From: Eledone cirrhosa
Taxonomy: Eukaryota
Assembly: GCA_964016885.1 (NCBI GenBank)
Contig: OZ024743.1
Span: forward strand, 74,896,001-74,960,000
Direction: 5' to 3'
Length of the DNA stretch: 64,000 nucleotides
The notes under the pieces were generated by a model. The model worked only from the letters and a program-made list of their open reading frames with translations. It made no database searches and was not told the origin of the DNA. Both the position numbers and the translations under genes were made by a program. Position 1 is the stretch's first letter. The number at the start of each line of letters is the position of its first letter. Of this stretch, positions 40,873 through 53,600 are shown one piece after another.

Positions 40873-41576
40873 GGAAAATCAAATTTTCTACCCACACGAA
40901 ATCGTTTTTCTCACTAATGAACGTATAAGTGTCCACTCTAATTTTCTTGGGTTGGTGTCTTAATGATACTAACTTAATTAAATTATTGAGTGAGTGGGAA
41001 AACGATCGAAGCTGTATCAGTCGTATTTGACAGCTTTGTGTCAGTATTATATATATGAGATCTTTAATATATGTCATATAAAATAATACAGCCAGTTATC
41101 CACACAATGCAATATAGTTAGCACTCCAAACGTTTAATTGGGAATATACTCCGGTATTTCCTAATGTTTGTTGAGTGAGTTGGAAATTGGTCGGAGTATC
41201 GCTAATAGCTTTCTCTGTTTATGTAGTTATGTAATATACTCTTGGATCACCAGACATGAACTTTCTAGTAATAATCAATTTCTGCTTGACCGGCAACCGC
41301 TCTGTATAATCAGTTCCTGATTATTACCAAAATTCTATAAGAATCAAACATTCATGATTTTCAGCAAACAGGCGGAGTACTTAGCTTTTATAAGCACCAA
41401 AAAGTGCGAAACAGAGCTCTGTCAGCTTTATCTCCCCTGTTTGCTGAAAATTAAAGTAAGTGAGACTGTCACTACTTTAAAACAATAGCATAAGGTCTTT
41501 AATTAAGCATACAGTGTATTGCAAAATACACTATATATACATTCATATATATATATCGCTATTTCAGAGCACCAAT

Positions 41577-41770
<194 letters not shown>

Positions 41771-41815
41771 AAGTTAAATAAAAAGTCAAATGTTTAAAAT
41801 TTAGCTTCGTTTATT

Positions 41816-41870
41816 ACTGCTATATATATTTCAGTGACAACCATCTTTGGCTGTGACCTCTTCAGGCAGT
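41816..41870 (-). ncRNA. Type I hammerhead ribozyme
   Basis: Inverted copy of 42107-42161 with one stem II substitution. Confidence 0.8.
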
Positions 41871-42106
41871 TTGAATTAGTATGGTATAGACAAGTAAATA
41901 TGTTGTTGAGGTGTATAATATTGTCAATACTCTGATATGCCCAGTTCCTGGTTGGGTTGTTATTTCACTGAGGAACTGGAATCATATGGATATGATTCCA
42001 GTTCCTCAGTGAAATAACAACCCAACCAGGAACTGGGCATATCAGAGTATTGACAATATTATACACCTCAACAACATATGTACTTGTCTATACCATACTA
42101 ATTCAA

Positions 42107-42161
42107 ACTGCCTGAAGAGGTCACAGCCAAAGATGGCTGTCACTGAAATATATATAGCAGT
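42107..42161 (+). ncRNA. Type I hammerhead ribozyme
   Basis: actgc-CTGAAGA-ggt-c-acagcca-aaga-tggctgt-c-act-GAAA-tatat-ATA-gcagt; palindromic ATATATAT stem III. Confidence 0.82.
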
Positions 42162-42308
42162 AATAAACGAAGCTGAATTTTAAACATTTGACTTTTTATT
42201 TAACTTTATTTTACATTACTCCGAAGTAACCAAACCAACCTGCGCACTTCGTCAAGTGCTCCAGCCTGCATACTGAGGTGTTGGTATACAACCAACATAT
42301 ACTCAAAA

Positions 42309-42394
<86 letters not shown>

Positions 42395-42844
42395 CATACA
42401 TACATATATATATATATTCTTTTATTCTAAAGTGAACATGTTGCACAAGTCTTCTTTCAAGAATATCTACAAAAGACTGCAGAAATGTGTAATTTTTTTA
42501 TTTCATTCTTGCGGGACTGAACTGTAAAGAAAATATGAAAACCAGATAAACAAACGACAATCTCAATGGTTTAATTAAAGAAGCATGGAATCTTCCGAAA
42601 ATAATATTCATTATACTTTCAAAAGAATTCACATCTTTAATCGTCATTTCTAATCTTCCTTTGATTCAATTAATTAACTGGATGGAATTTATGCGAAATC
42701 CACATAACCCCACTCCCTTCTCTATTGAAGTACGTGTCTCTAATAAGTATTTTGATATCAATGATTGTTGGTACAAAATACTTATTTCAGCTATGCAGTT
42801 TAATATAATCAACTAGATGAAAATATAATTATTCGTGCCAAACC

Positions 42845-43290
42845 TTACCTTGGGTCATGAATCTTGGGTAATGACCGAACGAATACGATCGTGAATACAA
42901 GCAGCCGAAATGGTGTTCCTCCGAAAGGGCTTTGGAGTAACGTTATTCGATTGAGTACGTAGCTCGGAGATCAGAGAGTCACTCCAGGTAGAGCCACGAC
43001 TTCCCCGAATTGAGAGATCACAGCTCCTATATTACAGGCATGTGGTTAGAATGTCTCAGGAATCAATGCACAGATTTTACGGGCAAAAACCAACCAGTAG
43101 GAGACCCAGGGGTAGACTCCCGAGCAAGATAGTTGGATAATATCCATGTCCTTGGCTGGTCCCGCTTAGAGATCCAGCCAGACCAGTTGGAGGCGGTTGC
43201 TTCTGACAGGACCCGCTGGAGGGAGTGTTTGAGAACTCTGCCCCTCCACGACCCTCTCAAGAAGAAGAAGAAGAAGAAGAAGAAGAAGAA
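42845..43290 (+). mobile_element. RTE-clade LINE 3' fragment with (GAA)n tail
   Basis: GHESWVMTERIRS..AAEMVFLR..., ends [13 protein letters not shown] plus (GAA)n. Confidence 0.85.
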
Positions 43291-43386
43291 GGTAATTATA
43301 CAGCATGGTCTCAGTCACTCGGCTGGAATACGTTATATAGTAAATATATGTGTGTTTATGTGTGTATATATATATATATATGAGTG

Positions 43387-43418
<32 letters not shown>

Positions 43419-43463
43419 GAGTGTGTATGTATATATATATATATATATATATAAGTGTGTATG

Positions 43464-43494
<31 letters not shown>

Positions 43495-43742
43495 ATTTAC
43501 AACTCTCCAAAGAATTCTGTCACAGACAATGAGCAACATTTTCAGATAATATACTGAGACTAAGACAAAAAAATGTCTTTTGATGTTTGGCAATTACAAG
43601 TACATATATTAAATATAAAAATATTTTTAAAATATGTTATCATATATATATATATATATGATGCCTATGACACTAACAACAATTATGTACCCTAAGTGTT
43701 CTAAATGACTAGGAATTTAGTAACATGTTTCGACATTCTTTA

Positions 43743-43789
43743 TGCTCCGATGATTCCAGACTGCCCTCTGGAAGAAACGATTGTCAGCA
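43743..43789 (+). ncRNA. Variant hammerhead ribozyme (CCGAUGA core)
   Basis: tgct-CCGATGA-ttccaga-ctgccc-tctggaa-GAAAC-gatt-GTC-agca. Confidence 0.72.
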
Positions 43790-43956
43790 AATAAATGGTC
43801 TAAACTAAAATTTGATCGTTTTAACACTTTGTAAAACACTTGAACATTTGCATTGAGCCTTTTGTAATACCGGTAACCGGCTAGTACTTAGAACTACCCT
43901 ACATAATTATAGTTATATCAAACATATATAAATATAAATATTCTTATTACTATATA

Positions 43957-44032
<76 letters not shown>

Positions 44033-44034
<2 letters not shown>

Positions 44035-44219
44035 AGGAAAAAGTATAACCCCAACGGCAGAGCTCAAGTCGTTTCGACGGCTATTTCAGAAATAGCAGTC
44101 GGAACGGCTTGAGCTCTGGCGTCGGGGTTAAACTTTTTCCTATTACCCACTCTACTACCCTAAGTATTGAGTACTCTGGTGCGTTATGGTCCATCAGGTT
44201 CCTTACCACACCTCCTTCG

Positions 44220-44221
<2 letters not shown>
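44033..44221. repeat. Fold-back copy (palindrome 44033-44143) of the 21840/44851 repeat
   Basis: taggaaaaagtataacccc..gacggctatttc-a-gaaatagcagtc..ggggttaaactttttccta, then extension ending ccttcgtt(AT)n. Confidence 0.8.
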
Positions 44222-44281
<60 letters not shown>

Positions 44282-44345
44282 CATATATATATATATTACA
44301 TATATATATATTATATATATATATATATTATACATATATATATTA

Positions 44346-44387
<42 letters not shown>

Positions 44388-44419
44388 TTATATATATATA
44401 CATAATATATATATATACG

Positions 44420-44606
<187 letters not shown>

Positions 44607-44817
44607 AGAAAAACCACAGACCCTCCATCTCAACTCACCTTTTGAAAAGCAGAAGAACTGCGAAACCGGTAAAGGAACCAAATAAATATATATATTTAAA
44701 AAAAAAATAAAACTCCAGTTGCATTTTCGATTTCATCTCTTTTTCTTTATACTTTCACTCGTGTAGGACACCTCGGTTATTTTTCATTTTGTAAAAATAA
44801 CCTCACTTTCTAATATA

Positions 44818-44851
<34 letters not shown>

Positions 44852-45048
44852 ACGAAGGAATTGTAGTAAGGAACCAGATGGACCATAACGCACCAAAGTA
44901 CTCAATACTTAGTGTAGTAGAGTGGGTAATAGGAACAAGTATGACCCCGACGGCAGAGCTCAAGCCGTTTCGACGGCTATTTCTGGACTCGTATCTTTAC
45001 TGTTGTTCTGGGGAATAGGAGGTTAATTATATGTCTAAACTTTGCTAG

Positions 45049-45095
45049 TGCTCCGATGATTCCAAACGAAAGTTTGGAAGAAACGATTGTCAGCA
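45049..45095 (+). ncRNA. Variant hammerhead ribozyme (CCGAUGA core)
   Basis: tgct-CCGATGA-ttccaaac-gaaa-gtttggaa-GAAAC-gatt-GTC-agca; stem II covaries relative to 43743. Confidence 0.75.
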
Positions 45096-45131
45096 ATAAA
45101 ATGTTTTGAACATAGTGTTGATTATTCTGTA

Positions 45132-45185
<54 letters not shown>

Positions 45186-45435
45186 GTCTCGAACGCATGA
45201 ATAAGTCGCCAACGCAACCGATTGCTATTAATAAAAGTTAAGAAAATCCGCTAAAACACACCTACAGACGGAAAGAAAGTGTTTCTGTGTGCGTGTGTGT
45301 GTGGTACTTAAATGTTTTGATATTATGACCGTAATGAAACTACAGAGTCCCTCAGGCTACATCACAAGATGTAGACATACCAAAACCTCCACCAAGTTAC
45401 TGTAATGAATATACTTATACCATAGCTCCATACAA

Positions 45436-45865
45436 GTTCTTCTTCTTTATATTCTTCTTCTTCTTTCTTTTCTTCTTCTTCTTCTTCTTCTTCTTCTTCT
45501 TCTTCTTCTTCTTCTTCTCTTTCTTCTTCTTCTTCTCTTTCTTCTTTTTCTTTTTCTCTTTCTTCATCTTCTTCATCATCTTCTCCTTCTTGTTCTCCCC
45601 CTCTTTCTTCTTCTCTTTATTCTTCTTCTTCTTTTTCTCTTTCTTCTTTTTCTTCTCTTTTTTCTTCTTCTTCTTCTTCTTCTTCTTCTTCTTCACCCAC
45701 TTATTCCGGAGAAGGTCGTGGGGAGCTGAGTCCATCAGGTCCTGTCAGAAGCTACCGTCTTCAACTGAATCCCCAAGTTAGACCAGCCAAGCTCATGGAT
45801 ATTATCCACCCATCTTGTTCGGGGTCTACCCCTGTGACTTTGTCGGTTGGTTTTGTTTGTAAAAT
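45436..45865 (-). mobile_element. RTE-clade 3' fragment with long degenerate (GAA)n tail
   Basis: (TTC)n 45436-45694 followed by the reverse complement of the RTE 3' end. Confidence 0.75.
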
Positions 45866-46361
45866 CAAATTAAAGTGATGAATATACTCTGATACACAGT
45901 CAGATGTAATTACATTCAATTTCTCTTTGTCCTCCGTCGGTTATGACGATGATTACTCCAATTTCTTTACCAACAGGATACCCTGCTGGTGGAATTAGCT
46001 CACATGTAGCTTAGTACATGTGTACTTTTAACGTAATTCTCAGGGACATTCAGCATTAGACACTGTATGAAAAGGCTGACCTTTTAAATTAAAGGTACTA
46101 CTCATGTTTGGTGCCTGAGTTGTCTGGGGTAACGTGAAATAAAGTATATATATATATAAATGAGAAAACTCATCGCTAGAACGACCGTTTGACCAATGGC
46201 CTCTGGTCATCTCTGTCCTCTGAGACATGTTTGCCCATCGCTATCTTTGATAGCCTTTAGCTGTTTTAATGGCTGTTCTAGCGATGTGCTTTCTCATTTT
46301 TATATCTATTCAAATACACTCTCGCTTCGTCTCGATCAGCGATAACATTGTTTTAAGTGAA

Positions 46362-46550
46362 ATAATTGTTTCTACTTTTGGTACAAGGCCAGCAATTACC
46401 CAGTGCTTTACTGCTACTTTATTTTATCGACCCCGTAAGGATGAAAGGCAAAGTTAACTTCGACGGCATTTGAACTCGGAATGGCAAGGACTGTAACTCT
46501 ATACGTCAAAGCTGGTGTCCGACCCTCTACCGATACTGCCAATCCACCGC
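46362..46550 (-). mobile_element. tRNA-derived SINE copy
   Basis: Reverse complement of 35994-36182; ttttaagtgaaataat-like direct repeats on both sides suggest a TSD. Confidence 0.85.
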
Positions 46551-47199
46551 TTTAAGTGAAATAATGTGTATCAAAGACACGATTCGCCGCCGATAATCGC
46601 ATTCACGACCTAAGGATCATGAACCGAAATCCCTAACCACTAAGCAACATTCTTTCACAGTTACTCTTAGTGATAAATTATCAAACAATTAATTATATTC
46701 TGAATACTCACAATGTCATGAATGGCCATTGGCATTATATAAAAATAACTGTGCAGTATCTAATGAAAAGAAAACCCACTTTGATTGAAGTACCAATGTT
46801 TAGTATAATTGTTATCATTTCTCCATGTCACACTTTCTTTAATTTAAAAAAGTATTAGAATTTGTTTAAACACGCTGACGCTTGTGTGTACGTATGTGTA
46901 TGTGCATGTAAATATATTTATATGTATGAGTATATAAATATAAACGTGCAAACACAAACACAAAAATACACACTCACAGACATACATTCACACAAATACA
47001 CAAATACATTCACACATGTACATTTACACAAACACACTCATGCACATGGACTTACACACAGCGTAGCAAATGGAACGCCTGCCGTTGTTTTGCTATAGTT
47101 TTTTCACCATCCCCTTCCTTCCTTTTACACATACATACATTTACACACACACATACACACACACACATACACACAATCACACACATTGTGTGATGGACG

Positions 47200-47830
47200 G
47201 ACGGACGGAAGTCGCTCACATTTATATTTTGAGCAAATGGGGCTCCATGCGCTGGCCGCCCCACGGCCCCGACGGACAGAATAAAGAAGGCGTTTCCCCG
47301 GTGGATGGTGAGGAAGGGGCGTTGGAAGAGCAATTTCAGCTCACGTGGCTCACACCTGCGTGTAGCCAACTCTGTGTCGATGGTGGTGAGTAAGGACGTG
47401 GTCCTAGGGCCATGGATACCAGCAGTCTCGAAAAGGAAGAAGAAAAAAGAAACTGAAAAGGAAAAAACAAAGAAAGATGAAACGGCGAAAGAAAGGGTGC
47501 GAGGGATGAACAGTCACTATACCCCAGTTAGTGTGGTACCTCAGCCGCACCCCGCAGACAAAACGGCAAAAGCGTTACTGCAGAGAATGGCCAGAGACAC
47601 CCGCTGCAACAGCCACCCCACTCAGGGGGCTCCCTCCTCAAGCGGGCCGCCGTCTTTTTGACTTCACGACTGTGCAGGAGGAACCAAGGACACCAGAGGT
47701 CTTGACAGAGACCAGTATAAATAAGAAGCGGTCAGTCAGGCCCCGGTATTTGACCATCTTCGGATTACGGGTAGAGGAGCTCGGGTTTGTGGCCGAAGTG
47801 ACAACATTGGAGACGAAGAACGAGTCGCTG
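47200..47830 (-). mobile_element. CRE-clade 3' fragments
   Basis: ATRRCEPRELKLLFQRPFLTIHRGNAFFIL; upstream KMVKYRGLTDRFLFILVSVKTSGVLG. Confidence 0.65.
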
Positions 47831-47909
47831 CATTTCGTATCTCAGAAGTGTTGTCATATTACAATATTTGTAAACATTTTGAAATTATTTTATATATAGG
47901 CACAAGTTT

Positions 47910-47967
<58 letters not shown>

Positions 47968-47991
47968 CTTGATCACCTTGACCGACCAGTG

Positions 47992-48057
<66 letters not shown>

Positions 48058-48071
48058 GAGTGAGAGTGAGG

Positions 48072-48127
<56 letters not shown>

Positions 48128-48144
48128 AGTTTCTTTTACGTAGG

Positions 48145-48300
48145 TAATATAAGTTTCTTATATATCAATACAAGAATTTCCATAGCACAAGTTTCTTATA
48201 TATAAGTACAATAATTTCCATAGCACAACTTTCTTATATATAAGTACAATAATTTTCATAGCACAAGTTTCTTATATATAGGTACAAGAATTTACATAGC
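48145..48300. repeat. 38-bp minisatellite, ~4 units
   Basis: catagcacaagtttcttatatataagtacaataatttc at 48181, 48219, 48257. Confidence 0.85.
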
Positions 48301-48513
48301 AATGGCAATGGAATACTAGGACGGTTCACATCTTTTCTTCTTAAGCTGTAATATAAATTATGTAGACTACTGTTCTGTATTGCTATTGCTGTTGGTGTTA
48401 TGGTGTTTATTACGTTTTACTTATGTCGTTTGTATCAGTTGCTCTCGGTTATTGTTATTTTCTTATTGATGTTTCGATCTGTTTTGTTGTTAAGTACTGT
48501 ATATTGTTGTTAT

Positions 48514-48835
48514 TAAGGCGGCGAATTGGCAGAGTCGTTAGAACTTCAGATAAGCTTTGTGGTACTTGTTTCGGTTCTCTGCTCTCTCAGTTTAAATCCC
48601 GCCGAGATCAACTTTGCCTTTCATCCTTTCAAGGTCGTTAAAAAAGTACCAGTCAGGTACTGTGGTCGATTTTGCCTCTATATCTCTTCCTCTCTCTCAC
48701 TTTCTCTATCCTAATCAGGAAGAAATCTGCTCTATTCAGAACTGGAGAGGGATGGGCTCTGCCAGGCTTAAAAATACATACGAAACGCCGTATGACAATA
48801 TGGTGCCTCGCATCTCCCTCGTGAGTTATAGGTCC
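48514..48835 (+). mobile_element. Longer SINE subfamily copy
   Basis: aaggcggcgaattggcagagtcgttag...aactttgcctttcatcc...agaaatctgctctattcaga. Confidence 0.78.
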
Positions 48836-48868
48836 ATACATATATATTGACATTATTGTTGTCATTGC

Positions 48869-49052
48869 TGGTGGATTGGCAGTATCGGTAGAGGGTCGGA
48901 CGCCGTGCAGCACAGTTACGTCCCTTTACGGGCTGAATTCAAATCCCGCTGAGGTTAACTTTGCCTTTCATCCTTACGGGGTCGATAAAATAAAGTACCA
49001 GTAATGTACTGGGTAATTACTGGCCTTATGCCAAAAGTAGAAACAATTATTG
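48869..49052 (+). mobile_element. tRNA-derived SINE copy with TSD-like attattgttgtcattgctg
   Basis: Matches the SINE family; attattgttgtcattgctg occurs on both sides. Confidence 0.85.
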
Positions 49053-50071
49053 TTGTCATTGCTGCTGTTCTTGCTCGGCTCTCTGTTGCTTATTATTGCT
49101 TGGTTTTGTTGTTGTTCCTGTTGGTGGCTTTAATAGTAATTTCACTTAACATAATTTCAGAATAACAATTTGCATAATTTCAGATAACAAAAGGGAATAC
49201 AGAAGTTTTCTTCGTCTTGAAATCATGTCTTAAATATAAATTCGAAATATACACATTTTCATACACGTACACTCACCTGGATAACAACATGCATAATTCA
49301 TCTCACATACACAAAGCAGCGGTGTGTATCACCTTCGGCAAAGTGCTAAAAGGCCAGAAATTGTCAATATTTACAGCGACTAACGAACGGCATTTGTGCC
49401 AAGCAGCATTTAGTAATTGGATCTGTTAGTTGGGACTGATATGTTGGGAGAGACAAAGCTTTTCCAGCATCTCTGTGTTTGTATATCACTCAGAACGAAC
49501 AAAATATTTAATCAGTATTTTATTGGTCGTTTTGGTATTATTTAACAAGAAACACAAAACACCAGGGAAAAGACTGATAAACTTTAATGAAGGTGTGTTT
49601 ACACCATACTAATTGTTATTTATTTTATTGTCCCATTTTTGTTCGGGTGAAAGTCTTCCAAATGATGTTGACTCTGTTTCTATTGCTGTTGTTGCTCATG
49701 TTATATTTTGATTCTGTCAACTGCTTTTATGTTAAGTCATTTGTTTAAATGTTTATTTAACATCAACAGTGATATTGGTACCAGCTATCAACATTCTTAC
49801 ATCTCATTAATGTTTCAACTGTCAGCACTGTCTACTCAATAGTTTTTAGCATTAAATTAATGTTTCTTTCGGTGTTTTTTAATGTAAAGACAGATTCACA
49901 ATTGCTACAGTGATCGCTTAATGACTGAATGGACCAGAGTTCGTGTCCTGCTAACTACTAGATAATAATTAGAACTAGATTGATCTGGATGGTGTAGACG
50001 TATTATTAAATCTGTTCCAGCCACGAAAAAGCCCATTTTTTTCGACTATATTTTATTATTATTGAAAAAGG

Positions 50072-50232
50072 GTGGTGGACGCCATGCTTTCCAGCATAGT
50101 AACGTCCCTTTACGGTCTGAGTTCAAATCCCGCTGAGGTTAACTTTACCTTTCGTCTTTACGAGGTCGATAAAATAAAATACCAGTAATGTACTGGGATA
50201 ATTGCTGACCCTGTGCCAAAAAATAGAAACAA
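50072..50232 (+). mobile_element. tRNA-derived SINE copy
   Basis: Matches the SINE family; ttattattattgaaa on both flanks. Confidence 0.8.
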
Positions 50233-50353
50233 TTATTATTGAAACAGAAATTGTGTTTCCTTATGCATGGCATGAATGGTACCGTAACTTCTGAGGGAGT
50301 AACTTCTGAGGCTCAACATACATATGTGAAGGTTCAATATACATGTGTGCAGT

Positions 50354-50665
50354 CTTCTTCCTCTTCTTCTTCTTCTTGAGAGGGTCGTGAGGGGCAAAGT
50401 GTCCTCAATCACTCCTGCGAGGAAATCCTCTCAGAAGCAGCCGTCTCCAACTGATCTGGCTGGATCTCCAAGCAAGACCTGCCAAGCATATATGGATGTT
50501 ATCCAACCATCTTACTCGGATTCTACCCCTGGGTCTCCTGTCGGTTGGTTTTACCCATTAAATCTGTCCAGCGAATCTTTCCTGAAATATTCTAACAACA
50601 TGTCCAAAGTATCGGAGTTCTGATCTCTCAATTCGAAGATATAGTGGCTCTACCTGGAATGACTC
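50354..50665 (-). mobile_element. RTE-clade 3' fragment running directly into the minisatellite
   Basis: Reverse complement of the RTE 3' end as in 34905-35230. Confidence 0.8.
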
Positions 50666-53600
50666 TATCATCTCCGGCTACACACACTATCATCTCCGGC
50701 TACACACACTATCATCTCCGGCTACACACTCTATCATCTCCGGCTACACACTCTCTCATCTCCGGCTACACACTCTATCATCTCCGGTTACACACTTTCT
50801 CATCTCCGGTTGCACACTCTATCATCTCCGGCTACACACTCTCTCATCTCCGGCTACACACTCTATCATCTCCGGCACACACTCCATCATCTCCGGTTAA
50901 ACACTCTATCATCTCCGGCTACACACTCTATCATCTCAGGCTANNNNNNNNNNNNNNNNNNNNNNNNNNNNNNNNNNNNNNNNNNNNNNNNNNNNNNNNN
51001 NNNNNNNNNNNNNNNNNNNNNNNNNNNNNNNNNNNNNNNNNNNNNNNNNNNNNNNNNNNNNNNNNNNNNNNNNNNNNNNNNNNNNNNNNNNNNNNNNNNN
51101 NNNNNNNNNNNNNNNNNNNNNNNNNNNNNNNNNNNNNNNNNNNCTCATCTCCGGCTACACACTCTATCATCTCCGCTTACACACTCTATCATCTCCGGCT
51201 ACACAATTTCTCGTCTCCAGCTACACACTATACTACTATCATCTCGCTTACACACTCTATCATCTCCGGCTACACACTTTCTCATCTCCGGTTGCACACT
51301 CTATCATCTCCGGCTACACACTCTCTCATCTCCGGCTACACACTCTATCATCTCCGGCTTCACACTCTATCATCTCCGGCTACACACTCTATCATCTCCG
51401 GCTACACACTCTCTCGTCTCCGGCTGCACACTCTATCATCTCCGGCTTAACACTCTATCATATCCAGCTACACACTCTCTCGTCTCCGGCTGCACACTCT
51501 ATCATCTCCGGCTTAACACTCTATCATCTCCGGCTACACACTCCCTCGTCTCCGCTGCACACTCTATCATCTCCGGCTTCATACTCTATCATCTCCGGCT
51601 ACACACTCTATCATCTCCGGCTACACACTCTCTCGTCTCCGGCTGCACGCTCTATCATCTCCGGCTTAACACTCTATCATCTCCAGCTACACTCTCTCCG
51701 TCTCCGGCTGCACACTCTATCATATCCGGCTTAACACTCTATCATCTCCGGCTACACACTCTCTCGTCTCCGGCTGCACGCTCTATCATCTCCGGCTTCA
51801 CACTCTATCATCTCCGGCTACACACTCTATCATCTCCGGCTACACACTCTCTCGTCTCCGGCTGCACACTCTATCATCTCCGGCTTAACACTCTATCATC
51901 TCCAGCTACACACTCTCCTCGTCTCCGGCTGCACACTCTATCATCTCCGGCTTAACACTCTATCATCTCCGGCTACACACTCTCTCGTCTCCGGCTGCAC
52001 ACTCTATCATCTCCGGCTTCACACTCTATCATCTCCGGCTACACACTCTATCATCTCCGGCTACACACTCTCTCGTCTCCGGCTGCACACTCTATCATCT
52101 CCGGCTTAACACTCTATCATCTCCGGCTACACACTCTCTCCTCTCCGGCTACACGCTATCGTCTCCGGCTACACACTCTCTCATCTCCGGCTACACACTC
52201 TCTCATCTCTGGCTACACACTCTCTCATCTCCGGCTACACACTCTATCATCTCCGGATACACACTCTCTCATCTCCGGCTACATACTCTCTCATCTCCGG
52301 CTACACACGCTCCCATCTCCGGCTACACACTCTATCATCTCCGGCTACACACTCTCTCATCTCCGGCTACACACTCTATCATCTCCGGCAACACACTCTC
52401 TCATCTCCGGCTACACACTCTATCATCTCCGGCTACACACTATATCATCCCCGGCTACACATTCTATCATCTCCGACTACACACTATATCATATCCGGCT
52501 ACACACTCTATCATCTCCGGCTACACACTATATCATCTCCGGCTACACACTTTCTCATCTCCGCTACACACTCTAACATCTCCAGCTACACACTCTATCA
52601 TCTCCGGCTTAACACTCTATCATCTCCGGCTACACACTCTCTCCTCTCCGGCTACACGCTATCGTCTCCGGCTACACACTCTCTCATCTCCGGCTACACA
52701 CACTATCATCTCCGGCTACACACTCTATCATCTCCGGCTACACACTCTCTCATCTCCGGCTACACACTCTATCATCTCCGGTTACACACTTTCTCATCTC
52801 CGGTTGCACACTCTATCATCTCCGGCTACACACTCTCTCATCTCCGGCTACACACTCTATCATCTCCGGCACACACTCCATCATCTCCGGTTAAACACTC
52901 TATCATCTCCGGCTACACACTCTATCATCTCAGGCTACACACTCTCTCATCCCCGGCTACACACTCTCTCATCTCCGGCTGCACACTCTATCATCTCCGG
53001 CTACACACTCTATCACCTCCGGCTACACACTCTATCATCTCCGGCTACACACTCTCTCATCTCCGGCTACATACTCTCTCATCTCCGGCTATACACTCTC
53101 TCATCTCCGACTACACACTCTATCATCTCCGTTATAAAAACACTCTATCATCTCCGACTACACACTCTATCATTTCCAGATTACACACTCTATCATCTCC
53201 GCTACATACTCTCTCATCTCCGGCTACACACTCTATCATCTCCGCTTACACACTCTATCATCTCCGGCTACACAATTTCTCGTCTCCAGCTACACACTCT
53301 ATCATCTCCGGCTTCACACTCTATCATCTCCGGCTACACACTCTATCATCTCCGGCTACACACTCTCTCGTCTCCGGCTGCACACTCTATCATCTCCGGC
53401 TTAACACTCTATCATCTCCAGCTACACACTCTCTCGTCTCCGGCTGCACACTCTATCATCTCCGGCTTAACACTCTATCATCTCTGGCTACACACTCTCT
53501 CGTCTCCCGGCTGCACACTCTATCATCTCCGGCTTCACACTCTATCATCTCCGGCTACACACTCTATCATCTCCGGCTACACACTCTCTCGTCTCCGGCT

